A stretch of 64,000 nucleotides of DNA from a bacterium (GTDB lineage Bacteria; SAR324; XYD2-FULL-50-16), in assembly GCA_032250835.1 (NCBI GenBank), contig JAVVEA010000001.1:384001-448000 (forward strand). The letters run 5' to 3'. The stretch's first letter is position 1, and each line of letters begins with the position of its first letter. The notes under the pieces are model-generated. The model had not been told where the DNA came from and ran no database searches. It saw only the letters and a program-made list of their open reading frames with translations. Positions 27,590 through 37,897 of the stretch are shown here, one piece after another. The position numbers were made by a program, and so were the translations under genes.

Positions 27590-29374
27590 CTAGTCTTCGC
27601 TGCTTTCAGCGGCCTTTTTGGCTTCTTTGGCTTCTTTGGAATAGTTACGCAGATGGAAACCGTCCAATTCTTGTTTCTCGTAGAATTCACGGCGGTCCCA
27701 AATATTTTTCACATCCGTAAAGATACGGTTGAATTCGGTTTGTTCCTCTTTTTCCAAAAAGTCGAATTTGTCCGTTTCGAACCGGCGGAAGAACTCGTAA
27801 TACTGCCCCATATTCCGGTCGTCTTTAAAATACAACGCGCCAAGCAACAAAATGCGCGCACACCGGAAGACCAAGGGATTGTTTTTAGAGCGGATATAAA
27901 GCCGTTCGGACTCGGCCAAGGCGTCCTTCAATTTGGACTCGGCTTCTTTAACGTTTCCCTGTTTCATCAACACTTCGGCCTGATGCAGCCGCAGGGTCAC
28001 CACTTGACCGGCCCAGTTGTCTGAATCATTAGCCAACGAAATGGCCAAGGCGGCTTCGATGGCTAGTTCATAAGACTGCACCACCGTAAAGTCCGAGCGG
28101 TGGATGTCGAATAGCTCGTCTTTGTGTTCGCCCAGGCGCTCCATGCGGCGGTCCTTACCCTCGACCCAGGGGTCTTTAAAGCGACTAATCCCCAATTCAG
28201 TGGGGGTTTTATCGCGGTCCGAAAGCAAGAAAAGCTTGCGGTGGATGGTGGCGAAGAGACAGTGGGGGCAGACTGTGACCTTGATCCGGTTGAAATCGAT
28301 CAGGTCAAAACCCTCGGCTGCGCCTTCATAGGTCTGGATATAAAAAATGTTTTGGCGCGGTTTCTGGCTGTGCTGTTTGAGCTGAAAGAAGCTAAATTCA
28401 CCGGGGTTGTCGCAAACAAAACACTTAACCTTGCGGACCTGGACCGAGTTGTTGGACGGATGCCTACTGAGCAACCCTTTGGATTCTGCTTCCTGGTCTT
28501 CTAAAGACGTATTTAACCGGACGGCGGCCACCAACTGACGACGGCGCAATTTCCAGGCAATCATGCGGTTGCACCAGTCCATCACGTCCGTATAACTCTT
28601 GGTGGGCATCCGGCTTAAATCGGCCATCAGCTTGAGCAGCTGGCTGCCGTGGTAGCCAATATCCCCTTTGGAAGTAAAGATCTGGATCACTTCCATGAAG
28701 ATCATGATCAACAGCTCCTCGTGCATCTTCGGCGGACGCTTGAGCGGAGGCCGGTGCTGCTTGAGCACATGATGCCGCAGTACGACCTGCTCTTCCTTGG
28801 TGGTCGCTGAAAGCAACATTTTCTTGAGCAAAGAGACCTCCCGTTCCTCTTTGACTCCTTCGATAATCAGCGCCGCAACCAGCACGTCTATGTACCACTT
28901 CTTTTGTTCCGTATCCAGCTTCTTGACCGGAACGATAAACTCCTCGTCGTTGATCTTTTTTGAAACCAGTTTTTGTTGGAAGGCTTTGACCTCCAATCCC
29001 TCGCGGCCCCAATTGAGCATTTCGCGGGTGTAGACGTCGTGGAAGTCGAAGAGGCGGCCTACTTTTTGGAGTAGCGCTTCTTCACGCTTGATCAGCTCCA
29101 AATCAGAGATACAAATCTCCACCAATTGGCTGTGGATTTCGGCCAGTTGGAATTTATTAAAGCCCACCGGCTGGGTCAGCGGGGGAAGCGTGCCGGATTC
29201 TAAGTTGCTGACCAACTCTTTGCGGGCACCTTCATCGTTGACGTATTTGAGGGTGGACTTGATGAACTTCACTTCCGAGGCGGCAATCTCATCATCGGCC
29301 AGAATCGTCGTCTCCAATAGCTTGGCATACCAAACGATTTGCTCTTGGGTCAATCTGGTGATGTCCAGGCTCAT
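27590..29374 (-). CDS. Tandem TerB-like domains fused to a DUF2225-like Zn-finger/TPR domain
   Basis: Two ~150-aa repeats (EQIVWY/EQKKWY), CFVC...VCPHCLFA, helical TPR-like C-terminus. Start set at ATG 29374. Confidence 0.65.
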   Translation of the reverse strand: MSLDITRLTQEQIVWYAKLLETTILADDEIAASEVKFIKSTLKYVNDEGARKELVSNLESGTLPPLTQPVGFNKFQLAEIHSQLVEICISDLELIKREEALLQKVGRLFDFHDVYTREMLNWGREGLEVKAFQQKLVSKKINDEEFIVPVKKLDTEQKKWYIDVLVAALIIEGVKEEREVSLLKKMLLSATTKEEQVVLRHHVLKQHRPPLKRPPKMHEELLIMIFMEVIQIFTSKGDIGYHGSQLLKLMADLSRMPTKSYTDVMDWCNRMIAWKLRRRQLVAAVRLNTSLEDQEAESKGLLSRHPSNNSVQVRKVKCFVCDNPGEFSFFQLKQHSQKPRQNIFYIQTYEGAAEGFDLIDFNRIKVTVCPHCLFATIHRKLFLLSDRDKTPTELGISRFKDPWVEGKDRRMERLGEHKDELFDIHRSDFTVVQSYELAIEAALAISLANDSDNWAGQVVTLRLHQAEVLMKQGNVKEAESKLKDALAESERLYIRSKNNPLVFRCARILLLGALYFKDDRNMGQYYEFFRRFETDKFDFLEKEEQTEFNRIFTDVKNIWDRREFYEKQELDGFHLRNYSKEAKEAKKAAESSED

Positions 29375-29535
29375 AGGTTCCGCATTGTTGGGCCTTGGTT
29401 TGACACCAAGACAAGGGCCCCAAAGGGGCGATAGATCGGGTGCAACCTTGCTGGTTGCTCCCGCTAGGGTTATCAAATTTTACCGGCAAGCTCTACTGCT
29501 TTTTAGCCCTGAATTGACCTCCCCAATCCAGGCTA

Positions 29536-30804
29536 TCAGTCCCCTTTTTTGTAAAAGCGCCATTCTTTGCCCACAATCAACCGAGAGGGCCGCCCCCTTG
29601 AGAGGTAAGCCCAGGCCCACTGGACCACCACAAAGAAACGATTTTTAAAGCCCAGCAGATAATAAATATGGATCACCAGCCAGGTGATCCAAGCAAAGAA
29701 ACCCACAAAACGCAGCGGTCCTAACTGGATGATCGCCTTGCTGCGCCCGATGGTCGCCATCTGGCCTTTATCGATATACTTAAAGGGCCTGCGTGGCTTC
29801 CCGTCCAGTTCGGCCAAAATATTCTTGGCCACCGCGCGGCCCATCTGCATGGCTACCGGAGCCATCCCCGGCAAGGGGCCGCCGGGCTGGTGCGAAAAGT
29901 TGCACTGGTCGCCGATCACAAAAACTTCGGGCTGGTCGGCCAAGCATAATTCTTCGGTCACCATGATGCGCCCGTTGCGGTCCCGTTCCACCTCAAGCGC
30001 TTTGTTCAGCCTCGTCGCCTGGACCCCGGCTCCCCACAAAACGGTTGAACAACGGATGCGTTCGTCGCCCACGGTGACGCCTTCCGCGTTGACGTCCGTT
30101 ACGGTGCTAGAGTTCCAGACCTGAACCCCTAAACTCTCCAAATCGCGCACCACCTTGCTGGCCAAGCTGGGGTGGAAACTGGGCAAAATCCGGGGGCCCG
30201 CCTCAATCAAGATCACCCGGGCCAAGGTCGGGTCGATATGGAAGAAATCTTTGGCCAAGGTATAGCGGCTCATCTCCCCGATGGCTCCGGCCAACTCCAC
30301 ACCCGTAGGGCCGCCACCGACCACAACGAAAGTCAAATGGTGCTTCTGCCGGGTTTTGTCGGTTTCTTTTTCCGCCAGTTCAAAGGCGTTTAAAACCCGG
30401 CGGCGGATTTCGGTTGCTTGTTCCAAGGTCTTTAAACCCGGCGCAAACTCTTCCCATTCTTCGTGGCCAAAATAGCTGTGCTGGACGCCGCAACCGAGCA
30501 CTAGATAGTCGTAAGGATAGCGCCCGTGTGGGGTGAGCACTGCGCGGCCCTCACGGTCCACGGCGATGACCTCGTCTTGTAAGATGCGCATGTTCGCTTG
30601 ATTCGAAAACAGCGCGCGGATCGGTTGGGCAATCTCGGCCGGACTCAGGCTGGCCATGGCTACCTGATACAGTAAGGGCTGGAAGAGGTGGTAATTACGG
30701 CGGTCAATCAAGGTGATCTCAACGCTTTTTTTATTTACCAGCGCTTTTGCGGCATTCAGCCCGGCAAATCCTCCGCCGACGATCACCACCTTTTTGCGTT
30801 CCAT
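29536..30804 (-). CDS. ndh: Type II NADH dehydrogenase
   Basis: GGGFAG, LFQPLLYQVA, GGGPTGVE, GD...APVA.QMG, YIDKGQMATIGR. Confidence 0.95.
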   Translation of the reverse strand: MERKKVVIVGGGFAGLNAAKALVNKKSVEITLIDRRNYHLFQPLLYQVAMASLSPAEIAQPIRALFSNQANMRILQDEVIAVDREGRAVLTPHGRYPYDYLVLGCGVQHSYFGHEEWEEFAPGLKTLEQATEIRRRVLNAFELAEKETDKTRQKHHLTFVVVGGGPTGVELAGAIGEMSRYTLAKDFFHIDPTLARVILIEAGPRILPSFHPSLASKVVRDLESLGVQVWNSSTVTDVNAEGVTVGDERIRCSTVLWGAGVQATRLNKALEVERDRNGRIMVTEELCLADQPEVFVIGDQCNFSHQPGGPLPGMAPVAMQMGRAVAKNILAELDGKPRRPFKYIDKGQMATIGRSKAIIQLGPLRFVGFFAWITWLVIHIYYLLGFKNRFFVVVQWAWAYLSRGRPSRLIVGKEWRFYKKGD

Positions 30805-30887
30805 AGCTCTACAAGAAGAATAGTTTGGGGCCCAGTTTCGGGCCGAAGGGTTATCCTAGGCCAGAAGCCACATTCCCGCAAGAGTCC

Positions 30888-33287
30888 TTAAGGGGATTTC
30901 CCGTCTATTGTAGCAAGCTTCGCCTCGGCCTCGGGATATCCTAGGTGCGCCGCTTGGCGTAGGTATCTTTCGGCCTTGGCCGGTTCTTGTTTTAAGTAGA
31001 GTTGGTAAGCCGCCCAGGCAGCGACGGGAAGGCTGGCTGCGGCCTGCTCGACCCAACGAACGCCGATGCGCAAGTCTTCGTCATTTTGGCGGTGCTTGAC
31101 CAGCATTCGCCCCAAAGCGTACTGAGCCAAATCCAACCCCGATTTGGCGGCCTGCTGATACAGCGCACCGGCTTTGGGTAGATCGGCTACTTGCCCGAAG
31201 CCCTCTTCCATAGCCCTGCCGGCAAAATAGATCGCATAGGGATTCCCTTTTTTCACTAAAGGCCCCAACAAGGCAAAACCCCCTTTAATATCTTGCGGGG
31301 TGCCCCGACCGCTGACTAACATCCCGCCCAGGTAGGCCGCCGCGTTTTCATCGCCCTGTTGTTGAGCTTCACTAAACCAGCCAAAAGCCAAGTCATCGTT
31401 TGCCGGTAATTGCCGTCCCTCGGCAACCAGGCGGCCGATCCAAAAGGCGGCCCCAGGCTCTTTTTGTAGGTACCTTGCATAGAGCGGGCGCAACAATCGA
31501 TCTTCACGGGTCTGGTCAAAAACCGGCTCTTTTTTAAAATCATGCCGCGACTGCCCCATCAGACTCAATCGACCTTGTTCTAAGTTCCAATCGCTGGTCA
31601 GGCGCGGGCCCTGGGTCTGTAAAAAATCGCCGTCTAGGTCCTGCACTAATTGTCCCAGATGGTCGCTATCTTGGCCACTAAGGGCTTCGGCCAAAAGCGG
31701 CCATTGTTCAATGGTCAAACTGCCCAACAAGAGCCCCTGGTTAAGCCAGGAATTCAGAAAAAACCGGCCCGCATGCCCTTGATCGGTGCGGCTCAAGAAA
31801 GAAAGGTAGCCCAATTCCAGGGGGAAATCCGCACCGGAGCGACTCCGGGCCAATTTCAAGTTCAGGGCGGCCGACTGGTCGAAGTGACTTAAGCTGTCCA
31901 ACTCAAAGCGGCGCGGCCCACTCAACTGCCAAAGCAGGGCGTAGCCTTGCGTTACATCGTTCCCGCCGGTCTCGAATGCCTCGCGGATGCCCGCCAAGTC
32001 CAATCCTTTAAGCCGTAACCGGCCCGAATGATCCATCTTCGAGAGCACCCCGGGCATCTCGGGCCGCTCCCCCTGGGCTTTCCACTGTGCCTCTAGGTCC
32101 AAGGCCCCCTGGGCCGATGCACCCTCCCCCTTAAAATTCAAAAAGTCTAGAATCAAAGGCTCAGGCCCTCCCAGCGCCTTAAGCCCCTTCAAATCAAAGG
32201 CCCAATCAAATTCAACGCCTTCTAATAATTTAAGTAAGGCCCCGAGGTTGCGCTGGTTATTCGGCAGGTCATGGTAGGCTGAAAATTGGGGGCTTTGGTA
32301 ATGACTGCGGCTCGAAGCACTTAAGCGCGCCAGTTCCCAATGCCGCCCCAGCAAATCGGCGACAAATCCTTGAATCTCAAGACTAAAATCTACTAGATAC
32401 CGCTTTGCGCTAAAAAAGCTACTTTCCTTGCCCTGTTTCAGGTCTAACTTGGCTTGTTTAAGCTCCAACAACTCACCGGAGCGCGGGTCTTGGTAGTGCA
32501 AGCTATTGATCTGGTTGTGGCTATTGAGGCTACTGAGGAGTTCATCAGACAACCTAGCTTGGGCCTCTGCTCTGGCGTCTGAGTCGGCGGCCTGCAAGAG
32601 ATCAAGGTAGGCTTGGTGGCTGAAGCTCAAGCGGTTTTCGCTGGTCCAGCCGGTCAGTTCCAGTTCGGGGCTCTGGATGGCCAGATGGAAATCCAGTTTG
32701 CCCTGGCTCATTTGGTCTTGGGGTTTCAGCCCGAAGACTAGGCGGCTCAATTCAAACTGCACCGGCACACTGAGACCCCAGTCAACAAAGAACAGCAACC
32801 GCTTTATTTTTAAGTCGCCCGCTAAAGGACCCGAGGGGCTTTGGCTGTATCCTTCTCCGGCTTCTGCGCGCCAATCACGCGAACCGAGACTCTTAAAGGA
32901 AAAGCGGTATCCGCTCACCCCGTCGGCGCTCAAATCTTCGGGTCTGAAAGATAGTTCCAGGTCTTTGCCTTGAAACCCGTCGGGGTCCTTAGCGCTAAAG
33001 GCTTTAAAGATATGTAGAGTAACCCGTTCGGGCCGGTAGTCTAGCTTCGCGCCATCAATTTCCAACCGCTGGCCCAGTAATTCCAGTTGTCCTTGTAATA
33101 GGTGGATTCTTTGGGCTTGGGCGTCCACCTGGGTCGAGGTGGTGACGAGGCGGATAGGGCCAATATTGAGCGGCTTGGCTAGCAGCAATTGGAGCTGTTC
33201 AAAACTCAAGCTTGCGGCGAAGAGCGGGGCCGCACAGAAGCCAGCCACCAGGGCGAGACTGAGATTCCGTAAGATCCTAAACGTCAT
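30888..33287 (-). CDS. Exported protein with C-terminal Sel1-like repeats
   Basis: Signal peptide from ATG 33287; Sel1 repeats (AFGWFSEAQQQGDENAAAYLG; ALYQQAAKSGLDLAQYALG). Confidence 0.75.
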   Translation of the reverse strand: MTFRILRNLSLALVAGFCAAPLFAASLSFEQLQLLLAKPLNIGPIRLVTTSTQVDAQAQRIHLLQGQLELLGQRLEIDGAKLDYRPERVTLHIFKAFSAKDPDGFQGKDLELSFRPEDLSADGVSGYRFSFKSLGSRDWRAEAGEGYSQSPSGPLAGDLKIKRLLFFVDWGLSVPVQFELSRLVFGLKPQDQMSQGKLDFHLAIQSPELELTGWTSENRLSFSHQAYLDLLQAADSDARAEAQARLSDELLSSLNSHNQINSLHYQDPRSGELLELKQAKLDLKQGKESSFFSAKRYLVDFSLEIQGFVADLLGRHWELARLSASSRSHYQSPQFSAYHDLPNNQRNLGALLKLLEGVEFDWAFDLKGLKALGGPEPLILDFLNFKGEGASAQGALDLEAQWKAQGERPEMPGVLSKMDHSGRLRLKGLDLAGIREAFETGGNDVTQGYALLWQLSGPRRFELDSLSHFDQSAALNLKLARSRSGADFPLELGYLSFLSRTDQGHAGRFFLNSWLNQGLLLGSLTIEQWPLLAEALSGQDSDHLGQLVQDLDGDFLQTQGPRLTSDWNLEQGRLSLMGQSRHDFKKEPVFDQTREDRLLRPLYARYLQKEPGAAFWIGRLVAEGRQLPANDDLAFGWFSEAQQQGDENAAAYLGGMLVSGRGTPQDIKGGFALLGPLVKKGNPYAIYFAGRAMEEGFGQVADLPKAGALYQQAAKSGLDLAQYALGRMLVKHRQNDEDLRIGVRWVEQAAASLPVAAWAAYQLYLKQEPAKAERYLRQAAHLGYPEAEAKLATIDGKSP

Positions 33288-33358
33288 ACTTGGGGCTTGG
33301 AGCGGGTTGGCGATGAGCCAGGGTAACAACTTCGCTGGGCACCGCCAAGGGAAAGTAA

Positions 33359-34510
33359 CTACGTTGCCCTTTGGCCGGGCAAACGAAACTGATTGATTTC
33401 TCCGTTTAGCTCCTGGGCCAAGTCACGGATCTCTTCGGCCCAATCGGCCACCTCGGCGGTGATCCCACCAAGCCCCTCAATGGCCATGCTGTTTTCTTGA
33501 CTCATTTGCCCTAAACGGGCGGTGTCGTTGCGGACCTTTTGGATCTCCGTTGATTGGCGGGACATGGCTACAGAGATGCCGTGCACCTGCCCTGAAATGG
33601 CCGAAATAGCCTCTCGGGTGCGGCTGTAGCTAGTCCCGGTTTGGGTGATCATGTTCTCGCCCTCTTGTACCCGCTCGCCACTGGTCTCGATCAATTGCTG
33701 GGTCCGGCTGACGGCCTGAGAACTTTGGTCGGCTAATTTGCGCACCTCGTCGGCGACCACAGCAAAGCCACGCCCGGCTTCACCCGCCTTGGCCGCTTCA
33801 ATGGCCGCGTTGAGCGAAAGTAAGTTGGTGCGGCTGGCGATTTCGGTGATCGTTGAGACGACTTGGATCACCTCCCTCGAGCTGTTAGCAATTGCGGTCA
33901 TGCTGTCGTTGAGTTTTTCTAAAGACCGGGCCGCTTGGGCAGCTTCGGCTTCCACTTGATCAGCCTTACTTTGGGCTCCGTCGGTTACCTGGGCGACCTC
34001 ATCGGCTGCTTCGAGCATTCGAGCGATCGACTGGGCCGCCGTCTCCACCACCAAAGCCATCTCACGCGAGCGGGTTTCTAAAAGCCTCATCTCCTCTTTA
34101 AACTGCTCGCCCATTTTCTCTAAAGACCTGGAAGCCCAATCGAGCCCCGTGACGCTGCCTGCCAATTTCTCGACCATACTGGACCAGCGCTTACGCATGT
34201 CTTCTAAGGCCTGAATGAACCGCCCGACCCGGCAGTTGGAGACCGGCCCTTTTAGTTCAAAGGTCAAGTCACCGCTGGAAAGCACCTCGGCCATCTTGAT
34301 CCCTTCGCCCATGGTCTTGAGCAAAGTTTTTTGGACGATATATATATTGATCACCCCAATGAGTGAACCGGCCAGGATGCAGCCGATGTCAAAATACAGC
34401 TTAAGGCCCGGCTTCCAGTCCACAAAAAACTGGGCATAAAAAGGAAAAATAACCCCCATCAGGACTCCAAAGCCCAACATGGATAGGTATAAGCGGGTCA
34501 TGATACTCAT
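33359..34510 (-). CDS. Methyl-accepting chemotaxis protein (2 TM, HAMP, no periplasmic sensor)
   Basis: [33 protein letters not shown]. Start set at ATG 34510. Confidence 0.92.
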   Translation of the reverse strand: MSIMTRLYLSMLGFGVLMGVIFPFYAQFFVDWKPGLKLYFDIGCILAGSLIGVINIYIVQKTLLKTMGEGIKMAEVLSSGDLTFELKGPVSNCRVGRFIQALEDMRKRWSSMVEKLAGSVTGLDWASRSLEKMGEQFKEEMRLLETRSREMALVVETAAQSIARMLEAADEVAQVTDGAQSKADQVEAEAAQAARSLEKLNDSMTAIANSSREVIQVVSTITEIASRTNLLSLNAAIEAAKAGEAGRGFAVVADEVRKLADQSSQAVSRTQQLIETSGERVQEGENMITQTGTSYSRTREAISAISGQVHGISVAMSRQSTEIQKVRNDTARLGQMSQENSMAIEGLGGITAEVADWAEEIRDLAQELNGEINQFRLPGQRAT

Positions 34511-34758
34511 GGTCTCTCCAACCGCCAAGGAAAGCGCCTTGGGCAAGGTGTACAGCGGTCCAAATCAAAATATCTCTATATTCAGAATCTTAAAGGCACT
34601 CGTTTTTAGCTGACTGCTCAACGGTTGTCAATGACTTCAAAAAACCAGACCTTTGGTTCAGCGGGCCAAACAAACTGTATCGATCGAGGATGAGGCCTTG
34701 AACTGCCCGTTCGACCCATATAAGATAGTAGGCAAAACTCCTTAAGGGAAATAAAAAG

Positions 34759-35028
34759 ATGGCAAAAAAAATCGCCTTGATCACACGCCACCGACAGGCC
34801 GAGGCCATGAGGATGGCCTTGGGACTCACCCTGCTCGAAGACGAAGCGGAAGTGTTTATTTTGCAGGATCTTCTAGATGACGACGCCACGGCCAACCAAC
34901 TGCGCCAATGCCAGTCGGTGGACCTTCCGGTCTACTGCACCGCCCAGGGCCCCGCAGGCCTTCCTTACCTCGACCTAGCCGAGGCGGCCCAGCGCTGGAC
35001 CCAGTTTGACCGTTTGGTGACCCTTTAA
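34759..35028 (+). CDS. DsrF/TusC-like small protein
   Basis: AEAMRMALGLTL, EVFIL, C-terminal FDRLVTL: DsrE/F fold pattern. Confidence 0.6.
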   Translation: MAKKIALITRHRQAEAMRMALGLTLLEDEAEVFILQDLLDDDATANQLRQCQSVDLPVYCTAQGPAGLPYLDLAEAAQRWTQFDRLVTL

Positions 35029-35043
35029 CCTCCTCAGATAGCT

Positions 35044-35229
35044 ATGAAAATTCTATTGATTCAAAAGACTGACGCCCTGGAACCGGCTTTACAGACGCTG
35101 CTCGAAGCCCATCAGGCGGCGGGTCACCAACTCACCCAAATACCCCTGCCCCCTGCGGACGGGGACTTCGGCCCCCTTTTAGAGGCCATCGAGGAAGCCG
35201 ACCAATTACTGACCTGGGAGCTAACATGA
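35044..35229 (+). CDS. Minimal DsrH/TusB-like protein
   Basis: MKILLIQK...DFGPLLEAIEEADQLLTW. Confidence 0.55.
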   Translation: MKILLIQKTDALEPALQTLLEAHQAAGHQLTQIPLPPADGDFGPLLEAIEEADQLLTWELT

Positions 35230-35525
35230 AGCTAGGTATCTTAGCGGTGAACAACGGATACGCCGACCAACTGGTGGCACTCGCAAGTGCTGCCATGGAG
35301 CGAGGCTGGGGCGTTAAAATCTTCTTAAACGACCAAGGCATTCATTTGGCGGTAGACCCGCGCTTAGAAGAGTTGGCCCTAAAGGGGGCGGGTATCTCCT
35401 ACTGCGAAACCAGCGCTAGGGCCTTCGGTTACGATCCCTTGAAAATCCCGCGCAAGCTCAAACGAGGCACCCAACTGCAACATGCCATGTTGCAGCAAAT
35501 GAGCGATAAAGTGGTGGTCTTATGA
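35226..35525 (+). CDS. DsrE/TusD-like sulfurtransferase
   Basis: KIFLNDQGI, conserved Cys in ISYCETSA, GTQ, SDKVVVL; ATGA overlap with the previous gene. Confidence 0.75.
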   Translation: MKLGILAVNNGYADQLVALASAAMERGWGVKIFLNDQGIHLAVDPRLEELALKGAGISYCETSARAFGYDPLKIPRKLKRGTQLQHAMLQQMSDKVVVL

Positions 35526-35703
35526 TCTGTTTAGTCTAGCTTATCAAGCCGCAAAAAAAAATTTACCAGTATAGTTTGGGAACTTTACTTGTAAAGTCTA
35601 GGTAGGAATTGATACAATTGATTAACGACTCAATATAAATTTTCCCTGCTTGGCCTCGAACCAGTCAAGTAGAACGGCAGCAAACACCAAAAGCGAGGTG
35701 GGT

Positions 35704-37794
35704 ATGGAAGGGCAAATGACCTTCAATAAAAAGGTTAACCTGGGGGTGGTGCTGATCGCTTTGATCAGTTTAATCCCTATTGTTATCTTGGCCTTTCTTT
35801 CGATCAACGCTGCTGAAAAAGCGCTGGAACATCAGGTCCAAAACCAACTGGTTTCGGTCCAAAAGATCAAGTCCGAGATCCTTCGGGACTACTTTATAGG
35901 CGTAAAAACCCAGACCAAAATCCTGGCTGCATCCTTGCACCCTTACGAGGGAAAATATGAAGAGGCACACAAGTACCTTGAAGGCTACGAAAAGGATAAT
36001 GGTTATTATGACCTCTTCTTGATCCGACCCGACGGATATATCTTTTACTCTGTCGCCAAAGAAGCAGACTACCAAACCAACTTACAGACCGGTAAATACC
36101 GCGACAGTAACCTAGGAAAGCTGTTCCGCAAGGTATTGCAGACCAAAGAGTTTGCTTTCGTTGACTTCGAGCCCTACGCCCCTAGCAATGGCGACCCTGC
36201 TGCCTTTGTGGCCTATCCGATCCTCGATAAGGACCAAATCGTTACGGTCGTCGCCCTTCAGCTCCCGCTCGACGAAATCAACCAGACCATGCACCTCAAA
36301 GAGGGCATGGGCGACACCGGTAAGACCTATCTGGTGGGGCCCGATAAGCTCATGCGCTCCGACTTAAGAGAAGACCCTGAGAAACATTCGGTTTTAGCCT
36401 CCTTTAAAAACCCCGAAACGGGGAAGATGGACACCCCAGCGACCCAGGCAGCCCTAGCGGGCAAAAGTGGTGTATTGCCCTTATCGATGGATTTTAACGG
36501 CGACCCTGTGGTTGCGGTCTACGGCTCCGTTGACGTTTTCGGTATGACTTGGGCTTTAGTTGCTGAAATGGACATGGAAGAGGTGGACCGGCCGGTGGTA
36601 GCCCTCACCAAACAGGTGGCGGTCATTGCCGGGGTCGTCTTGGTGGTGGTCATTTTGGTGGTGCTGCTGATTGTTTACGCCGCCCGTGGGGAGGTTCGTT
36701 TCTTAGGCCAGATTGTGGGCAACCTCCGGGGGGCCTCGGACCAAGTGGCCGCGGCTTCGGACCAGATTTCTTCTGGAGCCCAGCAACTCTCCCAAGGCGC
36801 CACCGAACAGGCAGCGAGCTTAGAAGAACTCTCGGCCAGTACCGAAGAGATCTCCAGCCAAGCCCAAGGCAACGCAGCTGGCGCAGAACGGGCCTCCAAT
36901 GCGGTGGGTGAAACCGGCGGGATTGTCTCACAAACAGCCGACAACGCGACCGCTGCCGCAGGCCTGGCCAAAGCCGCCCGAGATGCCGCCGAAAAGGGTG
37001 CCCAGGCGATGGAGAAGATTTCGGTGAGCATGAAAGAGATCACCGATACCAGCACCAAAGTCGCCGATATCATTGAGGTGATCAACGAAATCACCCACCA
37101 GACCAAGATGCTGGCTACCAACGCCGCCATTGAGGCCGCCCGTGCGGGCGAACAGGGCAAGGGCTTTGCGGTGGTCGCCGATGAGGTCAGTAAGCTGGCC
37201 GAATCCAGCAAGTCTTCAGCTAAGGAGATTGGGGCGCTGATCAAAGAATCCAATACCAAGGCCAAGCAAGGCTCCCAGTATGTAGTGGATGGTGAAGCGG
37301 TCTTAAAAGAAATCTTAGAAAAGGCCCGAGAGGTGGCCAGCTTGGTAGACGAAATCTCTGGCTTTGCCGTTAGTTCGAAGCGCAAGGTAGAGGAAGTGAC
37401 CCTTTTGGTGGATGACATCAAAACCGCCTCAAACGAGCAAGCCAGAGGTATCGAACAGGTTTCCGACTCGATCACCCAGATGGACGAAGTCACCCAAAAC
37501 ACCGCCGCCAATGCCGAAGAGTCGGCCAGCGCCGCCGAGCAGCTAAACAGTCAGGCCGAATCGCTCAAGGCCCTGGTCGCTGAGATGGCCCAGCATTTTG
37601 GCGTCAAATCTGAGCGCTCGGTCCAAAGCCGGGTGAACCCGCCGGCTGTGCACCGTCTTACTAAATCAGAACCGGAGCCTAAGTCTTCGCGCACCAACCA
37701 CCCGGTCCAAAAGGCTTTGCCTAGTTCGGGTGCCTCAAAGGTTATCAAACCTTCTCAATCGATCCCTATGCGAGATGACTTCGACGAATTTTAG
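35704..37794 (+). CDS. Methyl-accepting chemotaxis protein with Cache sensor and C-terminal pentapeptide
   Basis: [37 protein letters not shown], signalling domain, ends DFDEF. Start 35704 or 35716. Confidence 0.93.
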   Translation: MEGQMTFNKKVNLGVVLIALISLIPIVILAFLSINAAEKALEHQVQNQLVSVQKIKSEILRDYFIGVKTQTKILAASLHPYEGKYEEAHKYLEGYEKDNGYYDLFLIRPDGYIFYSVAKEADYQTNLQTGKYRDSNLGKLFRKVLQTKEFAFVDFEPYAPSNGDPAAFVAYPILDKDQIVTVVALQLPLDEINQTMHLKEGMGDTGKTYLVGPDKLMRSDLREDPEKHSVLASFKNPETGKMDTPATQAALAGKSGVLPLSMDFNGDPVVAVYGSVDVFGMTWALVAEMDMEEVDRPVVALTKQVAVIAGVVLVVVILVVLLIVYAARGEVRFLGQIVGNLRGASDQVAAASDQISSGAQQLSQGATEQAASLEELSASTEEISSQAQGNAAGAERASNAVGETGGIVSQTADNATAAAGLAKAARDAAEKGAQAMEKISVSMKEITDTSTKVADIIEVINEITHQTKMLATNAAIEAARAGEQGKGFAVVADEVSKLAESSKSSAKEIGALIKESNTKAKQGSQYVVDGEAVLKEILEKAREVASLVDEISGFAVSSKRKVEEVTLLVDDIKTASNEQARGIEQVSDSITQMDEVTQNTAANAEESASAAEQLNSQAESLKALVAEMAQHFGVKSERSVQSRVNPPAVHRLTKSEPEPKSSRTNHPVQKALPSSGASKVIKPSQSIPMRDDFDEF

Positions 37795-37897
37795 CCCCAA
37801 AGGCGGATAGGCTCAAAAAGTAAAAGGGATGGATTTTTGTGGGGGCCCTGTTTATGCTTTAGGTACACCAACCTATCGAACCTGACGCTAGGCCCCC

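Noticed and set aside
36675-37511. Long antisense ORFs (also 782..1426, 12406..13068, 38692..39354, 42635..43486, 55850..56503, 60837..61652)
   Set aside because: Shadows of well-supported genes on the opposite strand, with no motifs of their own.
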